From: Octopus sinensis
Lineage: Eukaryota
Length of the DNA: 64,000 bases
NCBI RefSeq assembly: GCF_006345805.1
Contig: NC_042998.1
Coordinates: forward strand, 83,514,001-83,578,000
Reading direction: 5' to 3'
Both the position numbers and the translations under genes were made by a program. Positions 13,957 through 26,403 of the stretch are shown here, piece by piece; positions within the stretch are counted from its first letter, which is position 1, and each line of letters starts with the position of its first letter. The notes under the pieces are model-generated. The model was given only the letters and a program-made list of their open reading frames with translations. It did not search any database and was not told the origin of the DNA.

Positions 13957-15732
13957 TATTACAATCTACTAAACAGTTAAATAGCTACTAAATGATTTTC
14001 TAGATTGCTACCCTGAATAAAGAGGTGGAGGGGTGGGCAGGGTTAGAAAGGGAATATAACTGCCACAGTTTGTCAACCCCAGAGGATGTAAACATCTCCA
14101 AATAATGGATTTGACCCTGGAATGTAAAGACAACCTACAGTTTGTACCAATCTGCTTTCAAGTAATTAACAAGCAAGATAATTGATTATTATCCGGCTGC
14201 TTTGGAAAGGTAGATCAAACTTGCTAATTTTGTTTAATTAATGAGCAAGCTGCAGCAACTAAATAAACTATGAAATTAATTATTTCTGCTTTGTTGCTTG
14301 TTGTTTTTCTTTATCTCCTTTCAGGTCACCAAGCTGCTGGCCTTCATTTTGACCTCATTGATGAAGTTGACCTCAATACAATCTAGCAAGAGCCTTTGAG
14401 CAGTTGCTTAAGCTGCTAGAAATAGCAACAAAAAATTCCCTGACATCACATCTTCTCAACTTAATAAAAAAAAATCAAGAGGTAGTGAATATAAAAGGAT
14501 TGGATGGCCATAGTTGGAACATCTGTGATTATTGATCTACTCAATAAGAGTCAAACTGAGGTTGGACAACAAACTTCCAATGAATATTATTGTCATATGT
14601 CAAGTTCAGAGATTAACAGTGATAAAGAGCTCAAACTCAGTTAATTGAACCAGGTTCACATCCTGCAAAAGGTCATATTATTTACAGAGGAAATATCATC
14701 AATTTATGTCTGCTTTCTATGCTGGCATGGGTTATATAATCATCATGGTTTAAATCATTTCTTGTTAGAAGCTATCACCCTCATTTATCTGTATCATTTG
14801 GCTTGGTTTCTACAGCTGGTTTGCCTTCCTATTGCTGACCACTTTATAGTACAGATAGGATGCATTTTCTCGTAACACCAGCACTGAACAGGTTAAATAG
14901 CTCTTGGTGTAACAAGACTAAAGAGATTTCTCAACTCTGCACATTTGCTGTTCATCTACCAACCACTTATAGTGTGCACTGGATGCATCTTTTCATGGCA
15001 CCTGCACTCAAGAGGTTGATCTGATCACCAATTACTCTGCAGGGAGCATGGCAGGGGTAGGCAGTTTCTTGTGGAACCAGTACAAAAAGAGAGTGGAAAA
15101 TATAGACATTTACAAAATAACTGAATGATTTAAAAGTTTCTACATTTTATTACAAATTAAGGATGTGAGATGAAAAAGTAGTTGAAAGGCCTTCCCAAGC
15201 CATAGGTTCATAAAGCTGGTTTCCCAGATCCTGTAACATACATATTTCTCACCTGTTGCAGGATTAGTCATTTTTGCCAGGTGAGTGAGCAGGAACAAAA
15301 TGAAATGAAGAGTTTTGCTCAAGAACAGAGGCATCATCTGGTCCAGGGTTTGAAACCACAAGAAAGAAACACTTAGAATATTGTGCTTAAATGATATTGT
15401 CAATAATATTGCCAATGTCAGGCTATGGTAGAGTGGACCACTGAGAGAAAACCAGGTGTTATAGTTCTAGGTCAGTGGTTCCCAACCTTTTCACTACCAA
15501 GGACTCCTTTTATTTAAATGAGTTTTCCCATGAACCCCTTTTAATATGTTTATCCATATATATATATCATCATCATCATCATTTAGCGTCCGTTCTCCAT
15601 GCTAGCATGGGTTGGACAGTTCAACTGGGGTCTGTGAAGCTGGAAGGCTTCATCAGGCCCAGTCAGATCTGGCAGTGTTTCTACGTCTGGATGCCCTTCC
15701 TAACGCCAACCACTCCGTGAGTGTAGTGGGTG

Positions 15733-16325
15733 CTTTTTACGTGCCACCTGCACAGGTGCCAGACAGAGCTGGCAAATGGCCACGAACGGATGGTGCTTTT
15801 ACGTGTCACCGGCACGGGGCCAGGCGAGGCTGGCAACGGACACGAACGGATGGTGCTTTTACGTGCCACCAACATGGGGGCCAGACAGAGCTGGCAAACG
15901 GCCACGAAACGGATGGTGCTTTTACGTGTCACCGGCACGGGGGCCAGGCGAGGCTGAGGCGAGGCTGGCAACGGACACGAACGGATGGTGCTTTTACATG
16001 TCACCGACATGGGGGCCAGACAGGGCTGGCAAACGGCCACGAACGGATGGTGCTTTTACGTGTCACCGGCACGGGGGCCAGACAGAGCTGGCAAACGGCC
16101 ACGAACGGATGGTGCTTTTACGTGTCACCGGCACGGGGGCCAGACAGAGCTGGCAAACGGCCACAAACGGATGGTACTTTTACGTGTCACCAGCACGGGG
16201 GCCAGGCCAGGCTGGCAACGAACACGAACGGATGGTGCTTTTACGTGCCACCTACACGGGGGCCAGACAGGGCTGGCGAACGGCTACGAACGGATGGTAT
16301 TTTTACGTGTCACCTGCACGGGGGC
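15733..16325. repeat. ~61-bp tandem repeat (9-10 units) in the RTE 3' UTR
   Basis: Unit approximately CTTTTACGTGTCACCGGCACGGGGGCCAGACAGAGCTGGCAAACGGCCACGAACGGATGGTG. Ten occurrences of the TTTTACRTG core counted. Confidence 0.9.
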
Positions 16326-16374
16326 CCTGATGTTGATCGACCTCAATTTGGTTTGATCTTGATTTTGACTGTTC

Positions 16375-19300
16375 TCACTGGTCTTGCCGGGTTTTCTCAC
16401 GCACAGCATACCTCCAAAGGTCTCGGTCACTGGTCATTTCCTTGGTGAGACCTAAAGTTCGAAGGTCGTGCTTCACCGCCTCGACCCAGGTTTTCCTGGG
16501 TCTACATCTTCCACAGGTCCCCTCAACTGCCAGGGTGTGGCACTTTCGCACACAACTATCTTCAGCCATTCTCATCACATGACCATACCAGCGCATACGT
16601 CTCTCTTGTACACAACAACTGATACTTCTTAGGTTCAACTTTTCTCTCAAGGTACTTACACTCTGTCGATTATGAACACTGACGTTACACATCCATCGGA
16701 GCATACTAGCTTCATTTCTTGCGAGCTTACGCAAATCCTCAGCAGTCACAGCCCAAGTTTCACTACCATGTAGCATGGCTGTACGTACACATGCATCATA
16801 CAGTCTGCCCTTTACTTTGAGCGAGAGGCCTTTTGTCACCAGCAGAGGTAAGAGCTCTCTAAACTTTGCCCAGGCTATTCTTACTCTAGCAGTTATACTC
16901 TCAGCGCACCCGCCCCCGCTACTGACTTGGTCACCTAGGTAACGGAAACTATCAACTACTTCTAGCTTTTCTCCCTGGAAAGTGACGGAAGTTGGTCTCA
17001 GAGCATCTTCAGTGTTAATTGTTCCTGAGCATCTGCCACATACAAAAACCATCTTCCTAGTTAGCCTTCCTTTGACATTGCTGCACCTCTTATGTGTCCA
17101 TAGCTTACACTTGGTGCATCTTATAGAGTTTCTACCTACACCTTTTCTACAGATCGAGCAGGGCCATCTACCTGAAGGCGTTTGTGATTGGTCTACCTTC
17201 CTACTTATTAGGACTTTGGTTTTGGCTAGGTTGATTCTAAGGCCCTTCGATTCTAAACCTTGTTTCCATACCTGAAACTTCTCCTCTAGTTCTGATAGAG
17301 ACTCAGCAATTAGAGCAAGGTCATCAGCATAGAGGAGCTCCCAGGGGCATCCTGTCTTGAATTCCTCCGTTATTGCCTGGAGGACTATGATAAATAGGAG
17401 GGGACTGAGGACTGAACCTTGGTGGACCCCAACCTCTACCCTGAATTCTTCACTGTACTCGGTGCCAACCCTCACCTTACTAGCAGCGTCTCTGTACATG
17501 GCTTGTACAGCTTTCACTAACCATTCATCTATCCCTAGTTTCCTCATTGACCACCAGATGAGGGATCGGGGGACCCTGGCGAAGGCTTTCTCCATATCAA
17601 CAAAAGCCAGGTATAGGGGCTTGTCTTTGGCTAGGTATTTCTCTTGCAGCTGTCTTACCATGAAAATAGCATCAGTAGTACTTTTCCCTGGCACGAACCC
17701 AAACTGCATCTGATCTAGGCTAACTCTCTCTCTAATTAGTTGGGCTATAACCCTCTCCGTAACCTTCATTACCTGATCCAGCAGCTTGATACCCCTGTAG
17801 CTATTTGTATCTAGGGCGTCACCTTTACCTTTGTAGCAGCTGACTATTATGCTGCTACACCAGTCATTGGGAATGACTCCTTCGTGTATCACCTGGTTAA
17901 CTATACGGGTGACTAGGCTATAGCCAACACTACCAGATATTTTGAGCATCTCTGCAGTAATTCCTGATGGGCCTGGGGCTTTCCCTGTTTTCATGCTTTT
18001 AATTGCCTTATCTACTAAGGAACTGTCAACTCGGATTGCTGGTCCCTCTGTTGGGTCAACATTCGGCAGACTCTCTTTATCCCATTCATTTTTCTCATTC
18101 AGCAACCTTTCATAGTGGCTTCTCCAAACCTCTCTCTTTGCATCCTCATTTAGCGCAAGTGAACCATCATCCATGCGAGCACACTTCTCTCCTACCACAT
18201 CACGGTTCTCTCTCACACACTGTCTTGCAACACGAAATACCTCAAGTCTTTCATCCTCACGGCGCAGGACATTGGCAAATTTTTTCCTATCTGCTTCCCC
18301 TCTGGCTAAATAAACCTGCCTCCTAGCTTCCCTTCTTGCAGTCTGATACACTTCCCTGCTACCACCGTTCTTCCAGTCCTTCCAAGCCTGTTTCTTTTGT
18401 CTAATAGCCCTGTCAACAGTATTGTTCCACCACCACGTTATTTTGGGTCTTGTGGGGACTTTGCACCAGCCACAGATCTGGTCAGTGGCTTTCAGCAGGT
18501 TGTCCCTTAGAAGCGCCCAGTTATCTTCTACCCCATGTGTAGCTATGCCCCCTTCTATTTCGTCGAAGGCTTCAAGTAACATGTCTCTAAATCTCTGTCC
18601 ATTAGCAGGATCTTTAAGCTTCCAGACCCTTCTTCTCCATGTTGGTCGTCTTCTAGTCGTCCTCTTAGTCCTGATCCTAAAGTCACTGATTACCATTCTA
18701 TGTTGTGGGGTACATTCTTCGCCTGGGAAGGTTTTGGCATTCATAAGCAGCCATCTTTCCCTTTTTCTGGCAAGGATGTAGTCGATTTGGCTAGTATGCT
18801 GGCCCGAACGGTAGGTGACCAGGTGGCTTGTTGGTTTCCTGAAGTTAGTGTTGCAAACCATAAGACTATTCGCATCACAGAACTCCAGCAGCCTGGTTCC
18901 CTCCTCATTGCGAGAACCATAACCATAGCCTCCATGAACTCCATAGAAGCCCTCAGCATATCGTCCAACATGCCCATTGAAGTCACCAGCCACAAAGAGA
19001 AGGTCCCTGTTGTTCGTCAATGAGGTGGTCTGCAGTAGGGTGTCATAGAAACTGTCTTTCTGTCCATCGGGTAACCCTGGCTGAGGGGCATAGGCCGATA
19101 TAATAGTTGCTAAACTATGATGGAGCACTAATCTAATCTTCAATATTCTGTCACATACTCTGACTACCTCGATAACTTTATCTACCCATTTTTCGGCAAT
19201 AAGCATACCCACTCCCCCGACTCCTTCAGTATTCCCGGCCCAGAAAATTTTATACCTCTGTCCTTTACCTGTGAGGAACCTAGCAGAACCTCCTCTCCAC

Positions 19301-19449
19301 CTCACCTCTTGAATACAGCATATATCTACACACCTCCGTTCAAGCAATTCGACGATCTCACCAGATCTGCCTTTCAGTGTGCCAACGTTGAGAGTGCCAA
19401 CCCTGAGGAAGTGGGAGGCAATGGACCTAGTAGCATCATGAACCTGAAA
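16375..19449 (-). CDS. RTE ORF: AP endonuclease + reverse transcriptase + PHD-type finger + thumb/C-terminal domain
   Basis: APE motifs (LRVGTLNVGTL, CIQEVRW, GDFNGHVG, QIDYIL, PQHRMV) and RT motifs (YRGIKLL, QFGF, DMEKAF, GVHQGSVLSPLLF, LYADD, FRYLG). The frame is open ~34 codons upstream of the track start at 19347 (FQVHDATRSIASHFLRVGTLNVGTLKGRSGEIVE) with no ATG. Confidence 0.95.
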   Translation of the reverse strand, partial: FQVHDATRSIASHFLRVGTLNVGTLKGRSGEIVELLERRCVDICCIQEVRWRGGSARFLTGKGQRYKIFWAGNTEGVGGVGMLIAEKWVDKVIEVVRVCDRILKIRLVLHHSLATIISAYAPQPGLPDGQKDSFYDTLLQTTSLTNNRDLLFVAGDFNGHVGRYAEGFYGVHGGYGYGSRNEEGTRLLEFCDANSLMVCNTNFRKPTSHLVTYRSGQHTSQIDYILARKRERWLLMNAKTFPGEECTPQHRMVISDFRIRTKRTTRRRPTWRRRVWKLKDPANGQRFRDMLLEAFDEIEGGIATHGVEDNWALLRDNLLKATDQICGWCKVPTRPKITWWWNNTVDRAIRQKKQAWKDWKNGGSREVYQTARREARRQVYLARGEADRKKFANVLRREDERLEVFRVARQCVRENRDVVGEKCARMDDGSLALNEDAKREVWRSHYERLLNEKNEWDKESLPNVDPTEGPAIRVDSSLVDKAIKSMKTGKAPGPSGITAEMLKISGSVGYSLVTRIVNQVIHEGVIPNDWCSSIIVSCYKGKGDALDTNSYRGIKLLDQVMKVTERVIAQLIRERVSLDQMQFGFVPGKSTTDAIFMVRQLQEKYLAKDKPLYLAFVDMEKAFARVPRSLIWWSMRKLGIDEWLVKAVQAMYRDAASKVRVGTEYSEEFRVEVGVHQGSVLSPLLFIIVLQAITEEFKTGCPWELLYADDLALIAESLSELEEKFQVWKQGLESKGLRINLAKTKVLISRKVDQSQTPSGRWPCSICRKGVGRNSIRCTKCKLWTHKRCSNVKGRLTRKMVFVCGRCSGTINTEDALRPTSVTFQGEKLEVVDSFRYLGDQVSSGGGCAESITARVRIAWAKFRELLPLLVTKGLSLKVKGRLYDACVRTAMLHGSETWAVTAEDLRKLARNEASMLRWMCNVSVHNRQSVSTLREKLNLRSISCCVQERRMRWYGHVMRMAEDSCVRKCHTLAVEGTCGRCRPRKTWVEAVKHDLRTLGLTKEMTSDRDLWRYAVREKTRQDQ

Positions 19450-19451
19450 AG

Positions 19452-19484
<33 letters not shown>

Positions 19485-22400
19485 TTTGAATTTAGTTCAT
19501 GGACCCCCAGTACTACCTTTGCAGAACACAGGTTGAGAACCACTGTTCTAGACACAGGATGAACCATCATGGTTCTTGGGCCAATAACCTCGTAACAAAC
19601 CAGTAGAATTACTTTATGTGCATAGATGTTGTACACAAACAAACACCTGCACACAAAAGTAAACATGCAGAGATACTGGCTTTAGTGAACCAAACACACA
19701 CATACCTGCACTGACATCTTTTTTATTGGTTTATGAGAATTTGATAGAGGGGAACTGTGTGGAAACCTGTTTGTGTGTGTGTCTTTGTGCTTGTTTTTAA
19801 ACAAACCAACACTGCTTGACAACCAGTGTTGGTTTGTTTACATCCCCATAGTCTAGCAGTTCAGCAAAAGAGACAGAAAGAATAAGCACCAGATTTCTCA
19901 AGAAATAAGTACTGGGGTTAATTTGTTCAATTAAACTGCTTAAGGCAATGCTCCAGCATGGTCGCAGTCCAGTGACTGAAACAAGTAAAAGATAAAGAAA
20001 AAGAAGAAAAAATAAAGTAACAATAATGTCCACAATTAGAAATTCAAATATCAAAATATACCGAACCATCTTAGTTTGAGAAGCATCCACAAAGAATGAA
20101 ATCCACAAAACACACACTATTCAATAGACTAGAATCCTGAACACCCCCACATAACTGAAGGTGGACTAACCAATTACAATATATAAGAAATGAGTGAACT
20201 GTCAGGGGGAGTTATTGACAGGTGTTAGTTCGACCGTGTGTGTTGGTTCACCAGTTGGTAGCTGAACAGTGAATACTGAGTATCATACCCACATCTGAGT
20301 AATACAGATTGCATCCTGTTTTAACATATATTTGTGTAATACCATTTTACACCAGACATGTATACCCATGTCATAACACTTATATACACTGGTTATTAAC
20401 TAAGAATTATGCCTTCACCATGGTCTACCATTCACTTCATTCATCTCTAACCTCATCACTAACCATCTGTCACTTTCCTCCCACATTCATGCAATCTTTT
20501 CCCACCAGCCCTTTCAGATTTTCTGTCCCCATTATCTCTTCTACTCATCTTTTGTTTTTTGAAGATTTGCCCTGACATCTTGACAGCATTATCTTAATCT
20601 CTCTTTCCAGTTACTCTTGCCCACCCCTACAAAATGTGAGGTAGCCATGTATTTCCACTACAGCAAAAAACCTGCTCCTGTCCCCCTGCCATACTTTAAC
20701 CTCTCAACCACTACTATCAGCTGAGGAGGGCTTTTCAGTCTTGCGAGTAACATGGCAACCTCACTAATGCTGGTGCCACAAAAACAGTACCCAGTACACT
20801 CTGTAAAATAAGCAGTTACATTAGGAAGGTTATCTAGCCATAGAAACCATGTCAAAGCAGACATTGGAGCTCGAGGGCTTATCAGATCATGGCAAACTGC
20901 TCAACACATACCAGTATTGAAGACAGCCATTAACCTTTAGCATGATGTAAGCAAATCATGTTACCATATGAGTTTTCTCCCCTCTCAATACACAAACAGC
21001 TACAGGAGCAAAAGAAAACTCATACAGCTAGATGATTCACCTGAATATGTCAAAGGTTAAATGATGATGATGAGGAAGAGGATGAGTCTTGAAGAGAATG
21101 AAGTTAGTTCCTACACAGCATATTACTCTTTTTAAGCCTCACACCAAACAGTACATGTGGACTTCATCCCTAAGACCAGCTTCTTGCAGCTCTTACTCTC
21201 TGTTTTTCTTTTTCTCCCAGCCTACATGTTTCTGCTAAATACTAATCTATAATATTTTATAACTAAATACCTTTCCATATTTTTTGCATACAAGACAGTT
21301 CTCCTGGTCAGTGGCAGATATAGGTAACATACAATGCTCAGGAAGTATACAGCCTTTCATAACATTTTGTATGGCATGCATGATATTACCTTTCGATTAA
21401 TATAGCACTGGTGATGGTGCAACGTAAAAAGTACACAGAACACTTTGTAAAGTGCTTCTGGCTATAGAAACCAAGCTAAAACAGACTATGGAAGCTGATG
21501 TGACCCCTGGCCTTGCCAGCTCCTGTCAAGCCATTCAACCCATGCCAACATGGAAAATGGACATTAAAGGATGACAATGATGATGGATTAATATAAAAGT
21601 CTGTGTTATTTTTTTAATTTGTTGGTTTTATTATGCAAGGAATGTTTCACTCACATATACACAAGGAGTTCACTCAACTGACCTCACACTCATACACTGA
21701 TAGCTAGCTAACACTCATACTCTATCTCTCTCTCTCTCTCTCTCACACACACTTTCCTAATACCTAATTACTCTCACTTCCATCATCAGCTTAATACCAT
21801 CAATGTCTATATCAGCCTATTTCATTACATACATAAACTCTTTCACATAATTTACTCACCACTTAAATAACTCTGCCCATATCATATTTGCAAGGTACAA
21901 CAGCAGTTAACCTGCCTTGACTAAAGACAGCTTTCAGTGCTATCCACCACCACTCCTATATACATATATATTAACTGTTTTACAGGCTAGCAAGAGATGC
22001 TCTTTAACCCCCAGACAAGCACCATCCATCTCATCTTTTTGAAGACTGTATTAAATAAGTGTGTCCTTTCTTTTTTAAAAAAGGATGAGTTTAGTTTGAG
22101 AGAGATCTAACTGCTTTTGCATGTAGGCTAAAGTGATAGATCGGAAACTATAGCACTTGCCATGCTGGAGCAATTGTTTTTAAAGTTGGGAGCTCTTCCT
22201 ACAATGAATTGTGAAATGAGAGGAGCTAGTTGGGCAAACTGAAATAAATAGAGTTGTGTGTCTTGCCCAACAGTAACATCATGTCTGCTGTAAGGTCTGA
22301 ACAAATATTTATATTTTTTGCATTTGTGTATTAGATTCGGTTACTGAAATGTGGCCATGCTGGGGCAGCGTTTTCAAGGGAGTTATTCAATTTTCCGGAA

Positions 22401-23431
22401 AGAGTTATTCAATTTTTCAATCTGGTAATTTATTTTGTTAGTCTCTATTTGTTTCTTCAGAAAAACTAAATTGCGTGTATCTTAGTTTCCATATTTATAT
22501 TTGTTTGTTCATATTCTGTAACCTGGCATTACAACAAATTGAGATCAATGAAATAAGTACCAGCCTTATTATTCAACCACATCAGCCCTGACTATTTGGG
22601 TCAATGTGATCGACTAAACCCTTCAAGGGCTCAGTCCAATGACAGAAACCATTAAGAGATTAAAAGAATACCATTACATTTTTTAAAGTAAAATCCTTTT
22701 GTTAATTCATGTTCCAAATACCAAATTAACAAACCGTTTAATGAAGTTTATTAAACACTTTTAAATCCTTCATTGTTTTTAGAATTGATTCACACATAAG
22801 ATGTGTTTTGTTAAAAATATGATGACAATAAGTGTTGAACATGAGTAAGGTGTTTGATGATTTTATAACTGCAAGACAAGGATATTGAATGAAGATGAAG
22901 AAAACCTGTTGAATATGTAACTTTAGTTTGTATGAAAAATGGAGGCGACAGATGAGATGTGAAGAAAATCTGTTACATATGTAAGTTTAGTTTGTATGAA
23001 CAATGGAGGGGACACATGAGATTTGAGGGTGCTTGGCATTGACAGTGTTAAGTGATGTGTAGTAGATGAGATAGCTATGGTGGGATGAACACATGGTATG
23101 TGTGAACCAACTAATCAACTACTACACCTGCAAGATAAGGCGAATGCAGTAGGAGTTTGATAGCAAGAAGATAACTGTGACACGCAGATATAGGAAGAAG
23201 ATTATGTGAGGTCAAACGAGAGGATGGTGGGGTTTCACAGACAAGATGAAGTACCAAGTGGGAATGAGGGGAGTGAGAATACACTCTACAAACCAAACAG
23301 CATGAAAAAAAAAAAACATATCAAAATATATTAAAGATGATTGATGATGCTGATAGTGATAAAAATGAAAACATCTAAATGTATATCTCGAATCTAGATC
23401 AGAGACAACATCAACTTTCCTTTTGATACCA

Positions 23432-23660
23432 CTATGAAGGTAGCAAGCTGGCAGAATTGTTAGTATGTCAGACAAAATGCTTAGTGGCATTCTTGCAGTT
23501 CTTTAACATTCTGAGTTCAAATCCCAGCAAGGTCAACTTTGCCTTTCATCCTTTCAGGGGTCGATGAAATAAAATACCAATCAAACACTGGGACTGATGT
23601 AATCAAGTTGGTACCCATTAAATTTCTGGGATTGTGCCTAGATTAGAAACGATATTATAT
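23432..23660 (+). mobile_element. tRNA-derived SINE, family B (GTCRACTTTGCCTTTCATCCTTTCGGGGTCGATAAA central domain)
   Basis: Head GCTGGCAGAATTGTTAG...GAGTTCAAATCC. Collinear with copies at 30415, 36963 and 42300 (-). The central block resembles the MetaSINE domain (recalled, not searched). Confidence 0.7.
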
Positions 23661-24499
23661 CAAAGTATAGGTACAGGTATGGCGTGGTAAGAAATCTGCT
23701 TCCTAAATACATGGTTGTCAGTTCAGTCCCACTGTGTGCCACCATGGGCAAGTATCTTCTACTAAAGCCTCAGGCTGATCAAAACCTTGTGAGTGGATTC
23801 GGTAGACGGAAACTAAAAGAAGCCAGTTGTGTGTGTGTGTGTGTGTATGCATGTGCACACGTGTGTGTGCGTGTGCGCGTGTGTGTGTTTGTCCTCCACC
23901 ATCGCTTGGCAACCAGGCTAGAAAATACATACATCTATTGGTGTCAATATACTGAACTAAAAGTTTTCAAAGTGGTGCCCCAGCTTGGCCACAGTAATAA
24001 CTGAAACACATAAAAGACAAAAAAATAAAGCTACCACTGTTCATCAGAGAAGCTACACAAGCAAGAAGTGGTGTTGTAGTGAATTTCAAATAATAAATTA
24101 CATTAAAGACTACATTAGTTATGGATTATCTTTCAGCTGATAAACTGTGCAAGGCTGTGCAGCTTACCTCCATCTTTTTCATTGCCAACATTTATTGATG
24201 TTTCTACCACATCATTCTTCTCTTCTATTTACTCAAGGTTGCCAGAATTTTTTAACTGCTGCTTACTTTCAGCTTAATATTTGTTTTCCTTTCTAACACA
24301 TACACACACAGCATCGCAAATTCCACAAGTAAAATCATATAATATAGAGATAAGTGTAGTTGAAAATGAAGCTAGCATTCTCAAAGGAATAAATCCATAC
24401 CACAGTCTCCTGTCTGAAGACCAATAGGAGACCCTCTATGTGAGTAGATTTGGTAGACGGAAACTGAAAGAAGCCCGTCATATATATGTATGCTGAGAC

Positions 24500-24810
24500 C
24501 CTCTTCAGTCATGACTGACCATGGGATTGCACCTCGGAAGATACCCTCCCAGCCACAAGTCCCGGGAAGGTTGTTTATGGAAGACTAGCAGTCGCCCATG
24601 TATACTGGCCTCCCCTCTCCATGGCATTAGTGTTATCCAAGGGAAAGGCAAAGGTCGATACAGCTTGGCACCTGTGACATGGCAACTCATTTCTACAGCT
24701 GAGTTAACTGGAGCAACATGAAATAAAGTGTCTTGCTCAAGAACACAACACGCAGCCCAGTCCAGGGTTGTAAGCTCGACGCTCTAACCACTGAGCCATG
24801 TGCCTTCATA
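24500..24810 (-). mobile_element. tRNA-derived SINE, family C (GTGTTCTTGAGCAAGACACTTTATTTCATGTTGCTCCAG block)
   Basis: Head on minus strand (GGCTCAGTGGTTAGAGCGTCGAGC). Related copies at ~3345, 33380-33690 (-), 34330-34570 (+) and 41240 (-). Confidence 0.65.
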
Positions 24811-24811
24811 T

Positions 24812-24843
<32 letters not shown>

Positions 24844-25224
24844 GATATATGTGTGTGTGTATATGTTTGTGTGTCTGTGTTTGCCACCATACACACACAC
24901 ACACATCGCTTGACAACCAATGCTGGTGTGTTTACGTCCCTGTAACTTAGTGGCTCGGCAAAAAGAGACCGATAGAATAAGTACCAGGCTTACAAAGAAT
25001 AACTCCTGGGGTCAATTTGCTCGACTAAAAGGCAATGCTCCAGCATGGCTGCAGTCAAATGACTGAAAAGAGTAAAAGAGTATCAGTGTACCAATGTTAG
25101 AAATTAATAACTAGCACTTCTAATTAATGTACAACATGTCCAATTAAATAGTTAAATAGTTTCATGTAAATACACCATGTTAAAATGATTCCAAGAATAG
25201 GAAACAGCTTGAAGAAAAAATAGT

Positions 25225-25607
25225 ATGTATGTGTATATATATATATATATACATATATACATATATATATATATACACATATATATACACATATATATAC
25301 ATATAATATATATACACATATATATACATATATATATATATATATACACTATATATATATATATATACATATATATATACAATATATATATATATATTAC
25401 ACATATATATACACATATATATATATATATACACATATATATATAACATATATATATATATATTACATATATATATATACTATATATATATATATACACA
25501 TATATATATACATATAATATATATATATATATACACATATATATATATATTATATATATATATATACATATATATATACATATATATATATATATTATAT
25601 ATACATA

Positions 25608-25639
<32 letters not shown>

Positions 25640-25865
25640 CATATATATATTATATATACACATATATATATACATATATATATATATACACATATATATA
25701 TATAATATATACACATATATATATACATATATATATATATATACACATATATATATACAATATATATATACACACATATATATATACATATATATAATAT
25801 ATATATATATATATTATACATATATATATACATATATATATACATATATATATACACACACACAC
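25225..25865. repeat. Long interrupted (TA)n/(TACA) microsatellite
   Basis: About 640 bp almost entirely TA dinucleotides with scattered C. Confidence 0.95.
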
Positions 25866-26403
25866 CATTGGTGATGTAAATTAAACTTCAAATAATTAAT
25901 TTGAACCCAATCCAATAAATTTCTAAAGAGTAACAAAAGATAACAAAATCATTAAGACTTATTATAAAAGTCATAAAAGCAACTGCTGTTAAACACAGGA
26001 AATGTGGAAGTTTATCAAATGTTTGTGTGCGTGTGTGTGTGTGTGTGTGCGTGTGTATGTTAATTTTTACAGGGTAAACATTGATAGTGACTTCAAAGTT
26101 TGGTTACTGTCACTGTTTTCTTTCTAGAAGTAGGATAAATATGTACACTACTAAAGTTTAATGTTATATTGTTAGCACCTTAGGCAATTATCTCTAACTC
26201 TGGATTGCTCTAAGAATTCTATCAAATCAGTTAGGCATGGCTGTGTGGTAAGACATTTACTTCCCAACGACATAGTTCTAGATTCAGTCCCACTGCATGG
26301 GACTGCGGGCAAGTGTGCCTTTGACTCTAGCCTTAGGCTGGCCAAAGCCTTGTAAGTGGATTTAGTAAACTGAAAGTGAAAGAAGTCTATAAACCACAAA
26401 TCC

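Larger units (their letters stand above)
15568..19451 (-). mobile_element. Nearly full-length RTE-clade non-LTR retrotransposon, with (TA)n at both ends
   Basis: Single APE-RT ORF, ~800-bp 3' UTR containing a VNTR, and a (GAT)n tail (CATCAT on + strand at 15568). The 5' end abuts (TA)n at 19452. Confidence 0.95.
15473..19545. mobile_element. hAT-like MITE split by the RTE insertion
   Basis: TIRs CAGTGGTTCCCAACC (15473) and GGTTGAGAACCACTG (to 19545). Flanking 8-mers TTCTAGGT/TTCTAGAC with central TA, as typical for hAT TSDs. Confidence 0.75.

Noticed and set aside
15612-16448. Overlapping 119-278-aa ORFs
   Set aside because: They are stop-free by-products of the 61-bp VNTR in the RTE 3' UTR.
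16982-19023. Plus-strand and alternative-frame ORFs over the RTE (similarly 5562-7313 over ASB and 63161-63903 over CR1)
   Set aside because: They are antisense or shadow frames of a real coding sequence with no recognisable motifs.
25152-25868. Numerous Y/I/M/C-rich ORFs here and at 33616-33989, 34556-34884, 44430-44777, 47266-47831 and 59382-60649
   Set aside because: They are translations of (TA)n, (CA)n and (TACA)n microsatellites.
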